Of a stretch of 64,000 nt of DNA, positions 1 through 9,375 are shown piece after piece. Below the pieces are notes generated by a model that saw nothing but the letters and a program-made list of their open reading frames with translations, searched no databases and was not told where the DNA came from. The number at the start of each line of letters is the position of its first letter. Positions within the stretch are counted from its first letter, which is position 1. The translations under genes and the position numbers were made by a program. This stretch comes from a virus: IMG/VR virus record IMGVR_UViG_3300025082_000006, positions 7,104 to 71,103 of that record; one strand, written 5' to 3'.

Positions 1-1
1 C

Positions 2-766
2 ATATGCCTCATGGGTGGCATCACATTTATTTTGGCACGACCGGGTGCCGTATACGTCTTCGACGGGCTTTGACGGCTTGGGGCGCTCCTGCATCAATCG
101 CCGTTTACGCTTACGTCGTCGTTTGCTCTCTTGAAGTTTTTCCGCGGACCCCGCTTTGCACATCGGGTTGTTGGGGTTCTTCGCACACTCCACGTGCCAT
201 TCATTGCAACTGGCCGGATCAGCCTCGCATTCCTGCGCTGCGCGGGAATTTGGATGGTAACTCTTTCCTCCCTCGTAGACGGGGATGTGTGGACCGGGGC
301 GAGGTTCTCCTTCTTGAAGTGGCTCTTCTTCGTCGCCGCCAAATGGGTCGCCGGCGCCTCCTTCGGGCCCTTCGAGTTCTTCTTCGGGCTCTTCGAGTTC
401 TTCGTCTTCGGGCCCAAACTCAGGTTCAAGCTCCGCTGGTTCTTCTTCGGATACTTCAACGTCTACACCAAAGTCAGAAGCTACGTCTGCAATTGCATCT
501 ACCATCGCACGAACGGCATCTTCTACTTCTTCATCGACCTCTTCTCCTGCTTCTGGTTCTTCTTCTACGTCCATTTCCATGTCCATGTCTTCTGCTGCTT
601 CAAGACCGCCAAGGTCAGCTTCAGCACCCGCTAATTCGTCTTCGGGTCCAGCCGCTTCGGGAGGCGCAGGCTGCTCTGTCAAAATATTGCTTGCCAGCAC
701 TTCATTGCCAGCCAGTTTCATGAAACGACGGACAGTGCCTTCTTCTAATAAGCTTCTTTTACTCAT
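2..766 (-). CDS. Acidic/Cys-rich protein, probable capsid-internal protein (3' end outside window; not in ORF track)
   Basis: Manual translation from ATG 766 (SD AAGGAG upstream): MSKRSLLEEGTVRRFMKLAGNEVLASNILTEQ...EEEPLQEG...CEADPASCNEWHVECAKNPNNPMC...KLQESKRRRKRKRR..., open to the window edge; ACTATTTA motif at 819-826. Confidence 0.85.
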   Translation of the reverse strand, partial: MSKRSLLEEGTVRRFMKLAGNEVLASNILTEQPAPPEAAGPEDELAGAEADLGGLEAAEDMDMEMDVEEEPEAGEEVDEEVEDAVRAMVDAIADVASDFGVDVEVSEEEPAELEPEFGPEDEELEEPEEELEGPEGGAGDPFGGDEEEPLQEGEPRPGPHIPVYEGGKSYHPNSRAAQECEADPASCNEWHVECAKNPNNPMCKAGSAEKLQESKRRRKRKRRLMQERPKPSKPVEDVYGTRSCQNKCDATHEAY

Positions 767-818
767 TACTTTTCTCCTTAGTGTAGTCGTTTGCCAGCAT
801 TCCTGGCTCTACTCTTAA

Positions 819-826
819 TAAATAGT
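819..826 (-). promoter_or_regulatory. Putative late promoter ACTATTTA
   Basis: Copy of the motif that recurs upstream of structural genes; about 50 nt upstream of ATG 766. Confidence 0.6.
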
Positions 827-1065
827 TAGAAGTATCTTAAATGTCTCTTTTTTTGTAACTTTTGTAACGCTTTGTCTTGTATTTGCTTAATACGCACAAT
901 GCTCAGGTCTAATCGTTTCGCAATTTCCGCCAATGTCATGTTCCCGTTGCGCGCGATGGCTACGTTGCTGCAATTAAAATCTTTTTTATAATCAATCCAT
1001 GCGCGGCAGTTTTTTTCTGCACATGATTTTTTATTATCTACACACTTTCTTGTACACTCTCTCAT
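826..1065 (-). CDS. Small sigma-70 region 4-like HTH protein with N-terminal Cys cluster
   Basis: MTLAEIAKRLDLSIVRIKQIQDKALQKL matches the sigma region 4.2 pattern; five Cys upstream. Confidence 0.75.
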   Translation of the reverse strand: MRECTRKCVDNKKSCAEKNCRAWIDYKKDFNCSNVAIARNGNMTLAEIAKRLDLSIVRIKQIQDKALQKLQKKRHLRYF

Positions 1066-1388
1066 AACTCTGGGTGCTCCTTTTCTAATATGTCAAATAT
1101 ATCTTCTATCTCCGCTTCGTCTAGGGCAAAGTGGCGAATGGTATGTTCTTGTTCTTGTTGGGCTTTTTTCGCTTTGTTGCGCCGCACGTGCGATACCCCT
1201 TTGGCTTCTTTTGTTTCGTCTATAAACGCCAAAATGTTTTCATTTTTATTTATATAAGCTGTCACTACCTTGTTAAAAAATTCTTTAATTTTAATTTCAT
1301 CATAATGCAAACGAATTTTTAAATCCGCGTGAAGTTTTGCGGTGCTCTCAAAACATATTTGTTTTTTATTTTCACCGTAGTCAGACAT
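1062..1388 (-). CDS. Hypothetical protein
   Basis: 108-aa ORF tightly coupled to both neighbours. Confidence 0.7.
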   Translation of the reverse strand: MSDYGENKKQICFESTAKLHADLKIRLHYDEIKIKEFFNKVVTAYINKNENILAFIDETKEAKGVSHVRRNKAKKAQQEQEHTIRHFALDEAEIEDIFDILEKEHPEL

Positions 1389-2417
1389 TTATTGTTTCCC
1401 TAAAATGTGGGTAGAGCTTTCAATTAAGCTGGCTCTTGTTTGGCGAATAAATTTTGCCTTCGCTTGTAATTCAAGGATTGTGCGCGCGCCTGAATATGAT
1501 AGGCCGGATGTAATCCCGTTTTTTAAATCTTCTAGTATCTCTTCCACTCGCCCCTTATAGGGGATCAACGTGGAAACACCTTCGTTGGAAGAGAACTTGC
1601 CGCGCCAGTCTAGCTGCGCCTCTTTGCTCGCCATCCCTCGGTATTCTTTTTGTACCCCTTTTAAGGTAACTATCTTCTCTCCAGGTGACTCATCGGTTCC
1701 GGCCAACATCGAACCAAGCATCACAAAGTCTGCTCCAGCAGCGAAAGCTTTTACGATGTCGCCGCTCGTTCGTATGCCGCCGTCTGCAATGATTCTAGTG
1801 GAGCGATCTGTTTTAGCACAATCAAATAAAGTTTGAAGGCCCGGCATTCCATGGCCGGTTTGAATTCTAGTGGAGCAAATTGATCCACCTCCTATATTGC
1901 ATCGTATACTATCTGCTCCCCAGTCCGCCAAATCGTTGAAAGCCTGAAGGGTTGCAACATTTCCAGCCATAATATGTACACTATTATTTAGCAAGTCTTT
2001 AATAGATTTAATGGCGCGTTCCATTAATTTGTGATGACCGTGAGCTACATCCACACACAAAACTCTTGCGCCGGTGTGTGCCAAGCGAGAGGCTCTCTTT
2101 AAATAATCTCCCGTCACACCTACCGCAGCCCCAATGACTTCAAAATTCTCCCACGCATCTTTAACTATCTTACATTGCTCTTCAATCGAATTATAACGAT
2201 GAATAATTCCTAACCCTCCCGCGGTGGCCATTGCTATTGCCATCTTAGGCCCAGTTACAGTATCCATTGGAGAAGATATAATGGGGAGATCTAATTTTAT
2301 TTTGGGGCTGTCTCCTAAAGAATTTCCAATATAGATCTCTTTACGGCTTTCTATGTCTGAATATTGAGGCGTTAACAAAACATCATCATATGTAAGGGCT
2401 TCTTTAAGTTTCTCCAT
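1389..2417 (-). CDS. IMP dehydrogenase / GMP reductase family protein (no CBS domains)
   Basis: [28 protein letters not shown], catalytic-Cys loop [22 protein letters not shown]. Confidence 0.9.
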   Translation of the reverse strand: MEKLKEALTYDDVLLTPQYSDIESRKEIYIGNSLGDSPKIKLDLPIISSPMDTVTGPKMAIAMATAGGLGIIHRYNSIEEQCKIVKDAWENFEVIGAAVGVTGDYLKRASRLAHTGARVLCVDVAHGHHKLMERAIKSIKDLLNNSVHIMAGNVATLQAFNDLADWGADSIRCNIGGGSICSTRIQTGHGMPGLQTLFDCAKTDRSTRIIADGGIRTSGDIVKAFAAGADFVMLGSMLAGTDESPGEKIVTLKGVQKEYRGMASKEAQLDWRGKFSSNEGVSTLIPYKGRVEEILEDLKNGITSGLSYSGARTILELQAKAKFIRQTRASLIESSTHILGKQ

Positions 2418-2604
2418 CAATAATCTCCCAATTCTCTTTTATTAATTTTAACGGCACCGTAGATGTGCGGCCATCGCCAGCGAACAAGACAGTTGCCCAC
2501 GACCGGTCGTACCCGGGATCGCGAACGTCTTTGTCTACCACGACACTTATAACAAGAGCCGTTGAATCGTTTCTTCTGTGTTTTATCAAGTCACCGGCTT
2601 GCAT
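2404..2604 (-). CDS. Hypothetical small protein (MQAGDLIK..., SH3/KOW-like start)
   Basis: ORF in the operon; ATG 2604 preferred over the track start. Confidence 0.6.
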   Translation of the reverse strand: MQAGDLIKHRRNDSTALVISVVVDKDVRDPGYDRSWATVLFAGDGRTSTVPLKLIKENWEIIDGET

Positions 2605-2821
2605 TCTTTTCCAGGTCTTCAATCATTTTATCGAGGTACCACCGCGCCTTTTTTAAGTCTTGGAGGGCTTTGCCCTTGTACTTGTGGCGGGAGACGTATT
2701 TAATGACGTTGCCCTCGGCATACTCCATTCGCCAAGACTTTATGTATTCAAAAGTCTCAATGGCCTGTTCGCCTTTCCAGTTGATATTGTAGTGCGTTGG
2801 GTGATTAACGTTGTCGCTCAT
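2591..2821 (-). CDS. DUF3310-like phage protein
   Basis: DNVNHPTHY...GNVIKYVSR...K...QDLKKARWYL signature. Confidence 0.85.
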   Translation of the reverse strand: MSDNVNHPTHYNINWKGEQAIETFEYIKSWRMEYAEGNVIKYVSRHKYKGKALQDLKKARWYLDKMIEDLEKNASR

Positions 2822-2840
2822 TCTTTCTCTTTCGTTTGGT

Positions 2841-2927
2841 TCAGTACGGATTCCCTGCAAGATATAATATAGTACTGATAATTATTACGCTTATTATGAA
2901 GGCAGTAACTTCTTTTAAAAATTTCAT
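2841..2927 (-). CDS. 28-aa single-pass membrane peptide (not in ORF track)
   Basis: MKFLKEVTAFIISVIIISTILYLAGNPY; ATGA overlap with upstream stop, GGAG SD. Confidence 0.55.
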   Translation of the reverse strand: MKFLKEVTAFIISVIIISTILYLAGNPY

Positions 2928-3202
2928 TTTTTATTCTCCAAATGTTCTTTAAAGTTTTGAACTATTTCAATAGCCTTGTCCCAGCACCCTGGACAGTAGA
3001 GGCGAACTACCTCTTCTTCTTCCCGGACAACCACACTCCAGGTTCGTACTTGTTCTTTGTTCATTTTATCAAATCTTTTTTCGCACGTTAAGCACTTATC
3101 GCCAAGCTCTCCGAACAAAGTAATTTTGGTTGCGATTTCTTGTTCGCCGTCCTTTTTTGCTTGGTGCGCTTTTTTTCTTCGTAATTTTCTTTCTAATGAC
3201 AT
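2924..3202 (-). CDS. Hypothetical Zn-finger protein
   Basis: CLTC...YCPGCW pairs. Confidence 0.7.
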   Translation of the reverse strand: MSLERKLRRKKAHQAKKDGEQEIATKITLFGELGDKCLTCEKRFDKMNKEQVRTWSVVVREEEEVVRLYCPGCWDKAIEIVQNFKEHLENKK

Positions 3203-3669
3203 TATTTATCTCCTGTTGAGCCAAAACCGCCTTGACCGCGTTTTGAGTGAGGGTTTAAAAACTGGTCGGTGTATACCTCTTCAACCCCACAGTGAATGAT
3301 GGGGATTAGAACTGCTTGTGCAATCTTGTCGCCCCCGTGAATCACCTGGGTTTCTGCGCCAACGTTGTGTAAATTAACATAGACCTCGCCATTGTAGCCA
3401 GGGTCAACAACACATGCGCCCACGAGCAACTGTCTCTTAGATGCTATGCCCGATTTGTTTTTGATTTCAAGCATGTAGCCGTAAGGTATCTCTACTTTAA
3501 TTCCTGTCGAAAGCAGGCGCGAGGCCTTGGGTGGGATATAAAAATCCTGAGTGTTGTACAGTTTCTTGTCGCCGTTGGGGCAGTAGTAAAAATCAATACC
3601 TGCATCGGTCTTGTGAGCCCTGGTCGGCAACTTTGCTTCGGGCCTCATTTTATAAGCTTTTATATTCAT
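3202..3669 (-). CDS. dut: dUTPase (trimeric)
   Basis: AGIDF, KSG, VVDPGYNGE, KIAQ, RGQGGFGSTG motifs. Confidence 0.95.
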   Translation of the reverse strand: MNIKAYKMRPEAKLPTRAHKTDAGIDFYYCPNGDKKLYNTQDFYIPPKASRLLSTGIKVEIPYGYMLEIKNKSGIASKRQLLVGACVVDPGYNGEVYVNLHNVGAETQVIHGGDKIAQAVLIPIIHCGVEEVYTDQFLNPHSKRGQGGFGSTGDK

Positions 3670-3672
3670 TTC

Positions 3673-6600
3673 TTATCCTAACATCCTAAAGTTATATTTA
3701 ATGGATCGCGTGCTGAATCCCCACTCCTCATCGTAATCCAGTTTGCTCATGTAAGGGCGGTTGAGATAGATCGTGTCTCTCTCGGGGTTGACCCCCCAGC
3801 ACTTGATGGAGTGCGGTGTGGATGTGTCGTCAATCACGCGCACGATCCAATATGTTTTATTATTTTTTGTTTTCTTTGGAATAACTTCTCGCGGAATAAA
3901 CCACGCTACTCCTAAATCGTTGTCCCATTCGCCAAGCGGAGGAACCTTATAGTGATCTAATCTTTCTTTGGTCTCGCTGTTTAAAACCAAGTCCATTGGA
4001 AATATTCCCGTCAAAGAAACAAGATTGCTTATCTTTTCTTCTTTAGTGAACTTGCCTTCCAATTTATACATTTCAATATTTTCATTAAATTTTTTAAGAT
4101 TTTTTGGTTTGTCAACAACGGCTGCAGACCAGAAATGCTTAAGCCCTGTGAATCTTTCATCAACTAAGCAGTTTAATGCGCCGCTTCGGACGAGGACGTC
4201 CAGCGCCTTCTTGTTTAGTTTACTATAAATAATATCTTCATTAAAGAGAAAGTTTTCAATTGTATTGAAGGGCCGATTATTTATAATTTGTTCAATGGCC
4301 TTTTCTCCTAGTCCCTTTAAAGAAGTTAAAGGTTGAATTAGTGTTCTGTTGTCAGCAGCTATCTCCCACACTATTCCTGATTCGTTAATATCTGTTGGCT
4401 TAACTTTAAATTTAAACTTCTTAGCTAAGTTAATCGCTTTTTCTTTGCGACTCTCTGGCTCTTTGTCTAAAAACGCTGCCATCCATTCGGAAGAATAGTA
4501 ATGAAAGAGCCATGCACACTGGTAGGAAAGTATAGAATAAGAAACTGCATGAGATTTGTTAAAGCCATACCCTGAGAAGTATTCAAACTTTTTCCAAAGA
4601 GAGTCGGCTGCCTTCTCAGTCATTCCATGTTCGAGACACCCCGCAACGAATTTAACTTTGATGGCGTTCTTTTCCTTGGCAACTTCTCCCGTTCCTTTTT
4701 TGGTGAGGAGTTTGCGAAGTTTGTTTCCTTCATCAAGGCTAATGTCTTTTCCCAGTCGGTGAGCCAGCAATGCGATTTGTTCTTGAAAGATTAAGAAACC
4801 GTAAGTTTCTTTGGTTACTTCTTTCACAATATCATTTTCGTATTTTATCTTGCCGGGGTTTTCTTTGGCTTCTACATACAGCTTATCTACGTCAGCCCCC
4901 AGTGGGCCTGGGCGATAAATGGAAGTGATGGCAGCAATGTTAATTATGTTCTTTGGTTTTGCCTTCTTGCAGAACTTTTGTGCGCCCGTTTCTGTAAACT
5001 GAAAGATGCCAGCCCACTTCCCTTTGTGAAAGATTTTGCTGTACACCTCTTTCTCTTCGAGATTAATTTTATCCGGGTGGAGTTTTTCATTGTAATAGTT
5101 TTGGATGTCCTTAAACGTTGGATTCTCAACTCCGTGATGTCTCTTAAGAATGTGTCCAATTGCACATTCTATCATTTTTAAAGTCGAGAGCCCAAGAATA
5201 TCAAACTTGATAAAACCCATTGGCTCTAAGTGTCGAACATTTTGACCTTCTGACCAAGGAGTTTGTGTTATTCCGCCGCTATTAATCAATGGCATATATT
5301 TATCGAGATCCTCGCCAATCACTACACCACCAGCGTGTCTAGAAACCGAACGTGTTTGTCCATATAAAACATTAATATGATTAGCAATTTGCGGATGCTT
5401 TGCTAAGAAGCTCTTAAGTGAATCTGAATATTCCATTACTTCTTCAAAGGTTGGCACGTATACTCCTGATTTTATTCCGCGGTGTTTCTTAGCGATGGGT
5501 GTTGCTTCTTTCATCATTCGGGAAGTTACAGGATTTACTTCAGTAAAAGGTACTCCATAGAACTTTGATATATCTTTGATCAAAGAACGAAGCTGCAAAG
5601 TATTAAAGTTAGAAATTGGCACTACGGTGCTCCGCCCCCATTCTTCAATTAATAATTCTTTCAGCTCCATTGGGTCTGAAACGTCATAATCAATATCTGG
5701 ATAATCTTTAGTGTCTTTCCTTAGAAAGCGGGAGAACAAAAGATTATATTTAATTGGATCTACTTGTGTAATTCCTAGAGCATAGGCGACCAGCGAGCCT
5801 GCCGCAGAGCCGCGGCCAGGTCCAGTAAGTTGAATTGAGTTTGCTTTATTTACTACTGCGTTCATGGTCAGAAAGTATTTACTAAACCCCCTATCATCAA
5901 TAACTTGTAATTCTTCTTGCAGCCTATCTGTATATTCTTTATTGGTGTGAAGGTCGAGGTCTCTGAGACCTTCGAAGCATAGCTGTGAGAGCGTCTGGGG
6001 GGCACTAAAACCGGCTGGTACAACAAAATCCGGTAGTCGGACTGTATTGTCCGGTAGGAACGATTCTATGCGGTTGTGAGCGATTTTATGAGTCTCGATG
6101 AGAGAAGACATGATCAATTCATCGTCGTATTCTACTCCGCATTCTTTGGAATATTTTTTATAGGATTCCCACATTTGTTGTCCGTTTTTTGGATATAGCT
6201 CGTAGCCAATCTCATCAACATTGGAAGGTAAAACATCTGAACAATAACTTGGTTTGGATGTGGTTTTCCCCAGCCAGCCCAGCCTTTTATATAATTCGCG
6301 ATCTTTCCACGCGTCTGGATTTGGATAGTGACTATCGGCAGTAGAAATTAAGCCGAGACCATATTTTTCTGAGAGTTGAATAATGTACTTATTCAGCTCA
6401 TGTTGTTCGGGGACGCTATTCCATTGAAGTTCCCCGTACCAACGGTCTCCGAAGATTGACATCATTTTTTCGGTAGTTTCTTCCATTGCAGTGAAAATAG
6501 CTTTCTTCCCTTTTTCTTTATTTTCCCAATAATTCCCGGCATATATGCCACCTAAACATGCGCTAGCTGCGATTACTCCTTCATTGTGTTTCCTCAACAT

Positions 6601-7101
6601 TTTGTAATCAACTCTAGGAAAACGATAAAAGTTTTCTTTTGAATAAGATTTTGATACCATTTTAAATATGTTACTAAGGCCCGTTTGGTTTTGAGCTAAA
6701 AGGATTAAATGGCGGCGGCGATTTAAGATGCTTTTGACCGCCTTTTTGGAAGCGCCTTCATCTTCAATTGTAGTTGCTGATCTCGACCCATCCAGGCCTC
6801 TCTTTTCTTTTCTATCAGCTTTCGCTTTTTCGTATTCTTCGCGCCATTCTGAAAGGCTTGGGAGAAAATAGGCTTCCACCCCAAATATTGGTTTAAATTT
6901 CTTTCCTTCTTTTTGCATCTCTTTCGCATGAAGCACTTGATATGCCAAGCCATTCATACTACCGTGATCAGTGAGCGCAAGTGCGTCTGAACCATTTTGA
7001 TAGGCGAACTCCATGTGCTCTTTGGGGTACCCCAATCCATCGAAGGGGCTTCCTATTCCGCTATGCGCGTGTAGCCCAACAAATGGTATATTACTCTTCA
7101 T
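3673..7101 (-). CDS. dnaE: DNA polymerase III alpha subunit (family C)
   Basis: PHP domain (HAHS, TDHG, SACLGG, ADSHY), GRGSAAGSL, PDIDYD, HAGGVVI, KFDILGL, YGFNKSHA; ATG 7101 has a GGAG SD. Confidence 0.96.
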   Translation of the reverse strand: MKSNIPFVGLHAHSGIGSPFDGLGYPKEHMEFAYQNGSDALALTDHGSMNGLAYQVLHAKEMQKEGKKFKPIFGVEAYFLPSLSEWREEYEKAKADRKEKRGLDGSRSATTIEDEGASKKAVKSILNRRRHLILLAQNQTGLSNIFKMVSKSYSKENFYRFPRVDYKMLRKHNEGVIAASACLGGIYAGNYWENKEKGKKAIFTAMEETTEKMMSIFGDRWYGELQWNSVPEQHELNKYIIQLSEKYGLGLISTADSHYPNPDAWKDRELYKRLGWLGKTTSKPSYCSDVLPSNVDEIGYELYPKNGQQMWESYKKYSKECGVEYDDELIMSSLIETHKIAHNRIESFLPDNTVRLPDFVVPAGFSAPQTLSQLCFEGLRDLDLHTNKEYTDRLQEELQVIDDRGFSKYFLTMNAVVNKANSIQLTGPGRGSAAGSLVAYALGITQVDPIKYNLLFSRFLRKDTKDYPDIDYDVSDPMELKELLIEEWGRSTVVPISNFNTLQLRSLIKDISKFYGVPFTEVNPVTSRMMKEATPIAKKHRGIKSGVYVPTFEEVMEYSDSLKSFLAKHPQIANHINVLYGQTRSVSRHAGGVVIGEDLDKYMPLINSGGITQTPWSEGQNVRHLEPMGFIKFDILGLSTLKMIECAIGHILKRHHGVENPTFKDIQNYYNEKLHPDKINLEEKEVYSKIFHKGKWAGIFQFTETGAQKFCKKAKPKNIINIAAITSIYRPGPLGADVDKLYVEAKENPGKIKYENDIVKEVTKETYGFLIFQEQIALLAHRLGKDISLDEGNKLRKLLTKKGTGEVAKEKNAIKVKFVAGCLEHGMTEKAADSLWKKFEYFSGYGFNKSHAVSYSILSYQCAWLFHYYSSEWMAAFLDKEPESRKEKAINLAKKFKFKVKPTDINESGIVWEIAADNRTLIQPLTSLKGLGEKAIEQIINNRPFNTIENFLFNEDIIYSKLNKKALDVLVRSGALNCLVDERFTGLKHFWSAAVVDKPKNLKKFNENIEMYKLEGKFTKEEKISNLVSLTGIFPMDLVLNSETKERLDHYKVPPLGEWDNDLGVAWFIPREVIPKKTKNNKTYWIVRVIDDTSTPHSIKCWGVNPERDTIYLNRPYMSKLDYDEEWGFSTRSIKYNFRMLG

Positions 7102-7978
7102 TATCTTCTCCAATCAAATTCCACTCATGATATCCTAACATATTATTAGGGGGTCTGTCAAGTTTATTTTCACTTCCTAAATAATTTCTTAAATTATCCC
7201 AGTTGCTGATATTATAATACCATGGAAGAGGAAGTACTTTTGCTTCTTCCATTGTAACATATGTAAATATTTTGTCAAGTTCGAAAAAGCGTGCTGACCA
7301 TCTTTCTTCAATGGGAATTCTCTCTATGGCGTCGTAATCTGGGAACTGACCGCTGCCTTTTTTTCTAATAATTCTGCGGGCTTTCTTGAAATCTTTCGCA
7401 TCAAAAGTAAACCCGAGATACTCATTATTTTTTATATTTTTATTTTCATAAGAAACATAAAATGGTTTTTTGCTAGATATATGCTTTCGATAAGGAATTA
7501 ATAATTCAGGATTATATACCCCATACGGGAAAGCTGCATAATATTTATCTGGCACTACCCATTTACTAATTGTTTTGCTCAGCCAATAGGCTGTTAGCGC
7601 TCCGTATAATATACTCCACCCCAAGCAATCTCTTTTATCTTTATCGCGCGGGTGAATGGGTACATAGTAAATTGGAATTATTCGTTCATGTTCTGTGGGA
7701 AATGTTTTTCTTGAAAGTGCAAATCGAGTGGGGTCTTGCGCGTAATCTCCGAGGCGATAGCGAATCAAAGGTTGCATATCGTCATGACAAACAATCCAAA
7801 TTGTTTCGCTGCCAGCACAGACACATTCCCATACGGCGCGCTCAATTGCTAAATAATCTTTCCCGATTGGTTGTAAACAATCATGCCATGGAAAATTAAA
7901 ATCTAATTTTTGGCCTGCGACTGGTATGATACCCGCCAAGTGAAAACTATTATTAATTTGGGGGCCGCTTTCAATCAC
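7091..7978 (-). CDS. Divergent sugar-phosphate nucleotidyltransferase-fold (GT-A) protein
   Basis: AGIIPVAG...CLQPIG...AIERAVWEC..AGSETIWIV, LGWSILY; lacks the canonical G-x-G-T-R. Confidence 0.6.
   Translation of the reverse strand: MIESGPQINNSFHLAGIIPVAGQKLDFNFPWHDCLQPIGKDYLAIERAVWECVCAGSETIWIVCHDDMQPLIRYRLGDYAQDPTRFALSRKTFPTEHERIIPIYYVPIHPRDKDKRDCLGWSILYGALTAYWLSKTISKWVVPDKYYAAFPYGVYNPELLIPYRKHISSKKPFYVSYENKNIKNNEYLGFTFDAKDFKKARRIIRKKGSGQFPDYDAIERIPIEERWSARFFELDKIFTYVTMEEAKVLPLPWYYNISNWDNLRNYLGSENKLDRPPNNMLGYHEWNLIGEDNEE
7132..7161 (-). promoter_or_regulatory. Sigma70-type promoter upstream of dnaE
   Basis: TTGACA-N18-TAGGAT with TG before the -10. Confidence 0.45.
7251..7278 (-). promoter_or_regulatory. 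Second sigma70-type promoter upstream of dnaE
   Basis: TTGACA-N16-TACAAT inside the upstream gene. Confidence 0.45.
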
Positions 7979-8745
7979 ATAATTCCTTTACATAATTTAT
8001 TTATTTTTTCTGGAAGTTTATATTTGAATTTAATATTTTCAAGATCTCCGTATAGGCTCATTTTTGCTTTCATAATTTCTCTTTTTTCAACTTCCAATTT
8101 TAAAGTATAATGGTTTGGGCTATTTTTTTTACCCTTTATTCCTAAATCTTTTAACATTTTTGTAATCTTAAATCTCGCATATGTATCAGAATATTCAAAA
8201 TCATTTAACTGTTCTTCGCTTAAATATGAAATTGTTACTAAATCTTTATTATCTGGGTGATGGCCGTCTAAACGTTCCGTGGGATAAAAATGAACTTCAT
8301 TAATAAAGTCATCTTTTGTGTTTAAATAATCGTGTGCGTGTTTCTCGCAAGAGCGCGCGGACATCCAATCTAAAACAACAAAATCTTTATTTTCTTTTAT
8401 GGGCAAAGGAAGCCCGCTTACATTCTCATTATCAAAAACTAATAATTTTTCAAATTTAATTTTAAGGACTCTCGCATTTATTGTCGAAACGCTTATTTTG
8501 TTTTCTTTTATTCGAGTATTATTAGCTTTATCTGTCAACAAGTTTAAACCAGACATTGAGAGAGAGAAAAATAGTCTATGCCAAAGCTCTCGTGCATTAT
8601 ATATTCCTATCATATCAAAACGATGCGGGGGCAATAGTTTATTTATTATGAGAGGTGTTTGGTTTTGATACGATTGTAATAAAGCATTAAGATTGCCACC
8701 TATTATAATCTCTTTGTATTCAAGCTCTGGTATTTTAATTAACAA
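7975..8745 (-). CDS. Hypothetical protein with degenerate Rossmann-like N-terminus
   Basis: EIIIGGNLNAL; 256-aa ORF overlapping both neighbours. Confidence 0.55.
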   Translation of the reverse strand: MLIKIPELEYKEIIIGGNLNALLQSYQNQTPLIINKLLPPHRFDMIGIYNARELWHRLFFSLSMSGLNLLTDKANNTRIKENKISVSTINARVLKIKFEKLLVFDNENVSGLPLPIKENKDFVVLDWMSARSCEKHAHDYLNTKDDFINEVHFYPTERLDGHHPDNKDLVTISYLSEEQLNDFEYSDTYARFKITKMLKDLGIKGKKNSPNHYTLKLEVEKREIMKAKMSLYGDLENIKFKYKLPEKINKLCKGIM

Positions 8746-9359
8746 TCACAACCATTGTTATGTTGGTGTGCTTTAATTAAACGATACCATTTTTTTAAAA
8801 GTTTATAGTGGCTTGGAGTCTCGTGGCAGCGACGATTAGTGCGCGCTGGGGATGACGACCGTACAGCCCTTGATGGGCCGCGCGCTGTTTGGACCCAGGC
8901 AACTACCCATTTTCGCTCATTAGAAAAGTTACGAGGACACCAATGAAGTTTTTCGACCTTATGGCGTTGTTTAACGATGTGTTTCATCCATATATCTGCG
9001 GCTTCATCGACATTATAACGATCTATTTTATACTTTTTCGACCACCAGGGCCAGAGTTGAACAATTCCTTTGGCGCGAGCATAACTTTTCCCTCGCTTAT
9101 TAATTGTCCAATCGCCATTGGCTTTTGGGTTGTAACCGCTTTCTATGCAGGCCGCGGCTAAAAGCATCCCTCGCAAGCCTTCAGGGATCTTATGTTGTTC
9201 AAAATAATGCTCCTCAATCTTTACTAAACTTTCTAAAATTTCTTCATTAACGTTTTCCCAATAAGCATGAGGGCATTCATTTATAGCCATAGTCATTAGC
9301 TCGTCATAAGTTACAGTTGGGCCACTAGCTATGATGGCGCTTACCAATATTCCTAACAT
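8739..9359 (-). CDS. Lytic transglycosylase (SLT-like) with N-terminal hydrophobic/signal segment
   Basis: AACIESGYNPKA (catalytic Glu motif) and AKGIVQL; MLGILVSAIIA N-terminus. Confidence 0.7.
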   Translation of the reverse strand: MLGILVSAIIASGPTVTYDELMTMAINECPHAYWENVNEEILESLVKIEEHYFEQHKIPEGLRGMLLAAACIESGYNPKANGDWTINKRGKSYARAKGIVQLWPWWSKKYKIDRYNVDEAADIWMKHIVKQRHKVEKLHWCPRNFSNERKWVVAWVQTARGPSRAVRSSSPARTNRRCHETPSHYKLLKKWYRLIKAHQHNNGCDC

Positions 9360-9375
9360 TTTTTCAATTCCTTTT

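Noticed and set aside
355-420. Short direct repeats (cttcgagttcttc, cttcgggc)
   Set aside because: They encode EELEEPE/EELEGPE low-complexity protein; no spacers, so not CRISPR.
4-818. Plus-strand ORFs 4..723, 131..634, 579..818 and minus-strand ORF 94..459
   Set aside because: Shadows of the Glu-rich minus-strand gene starting at 766, which has an SD and an upstream motif.
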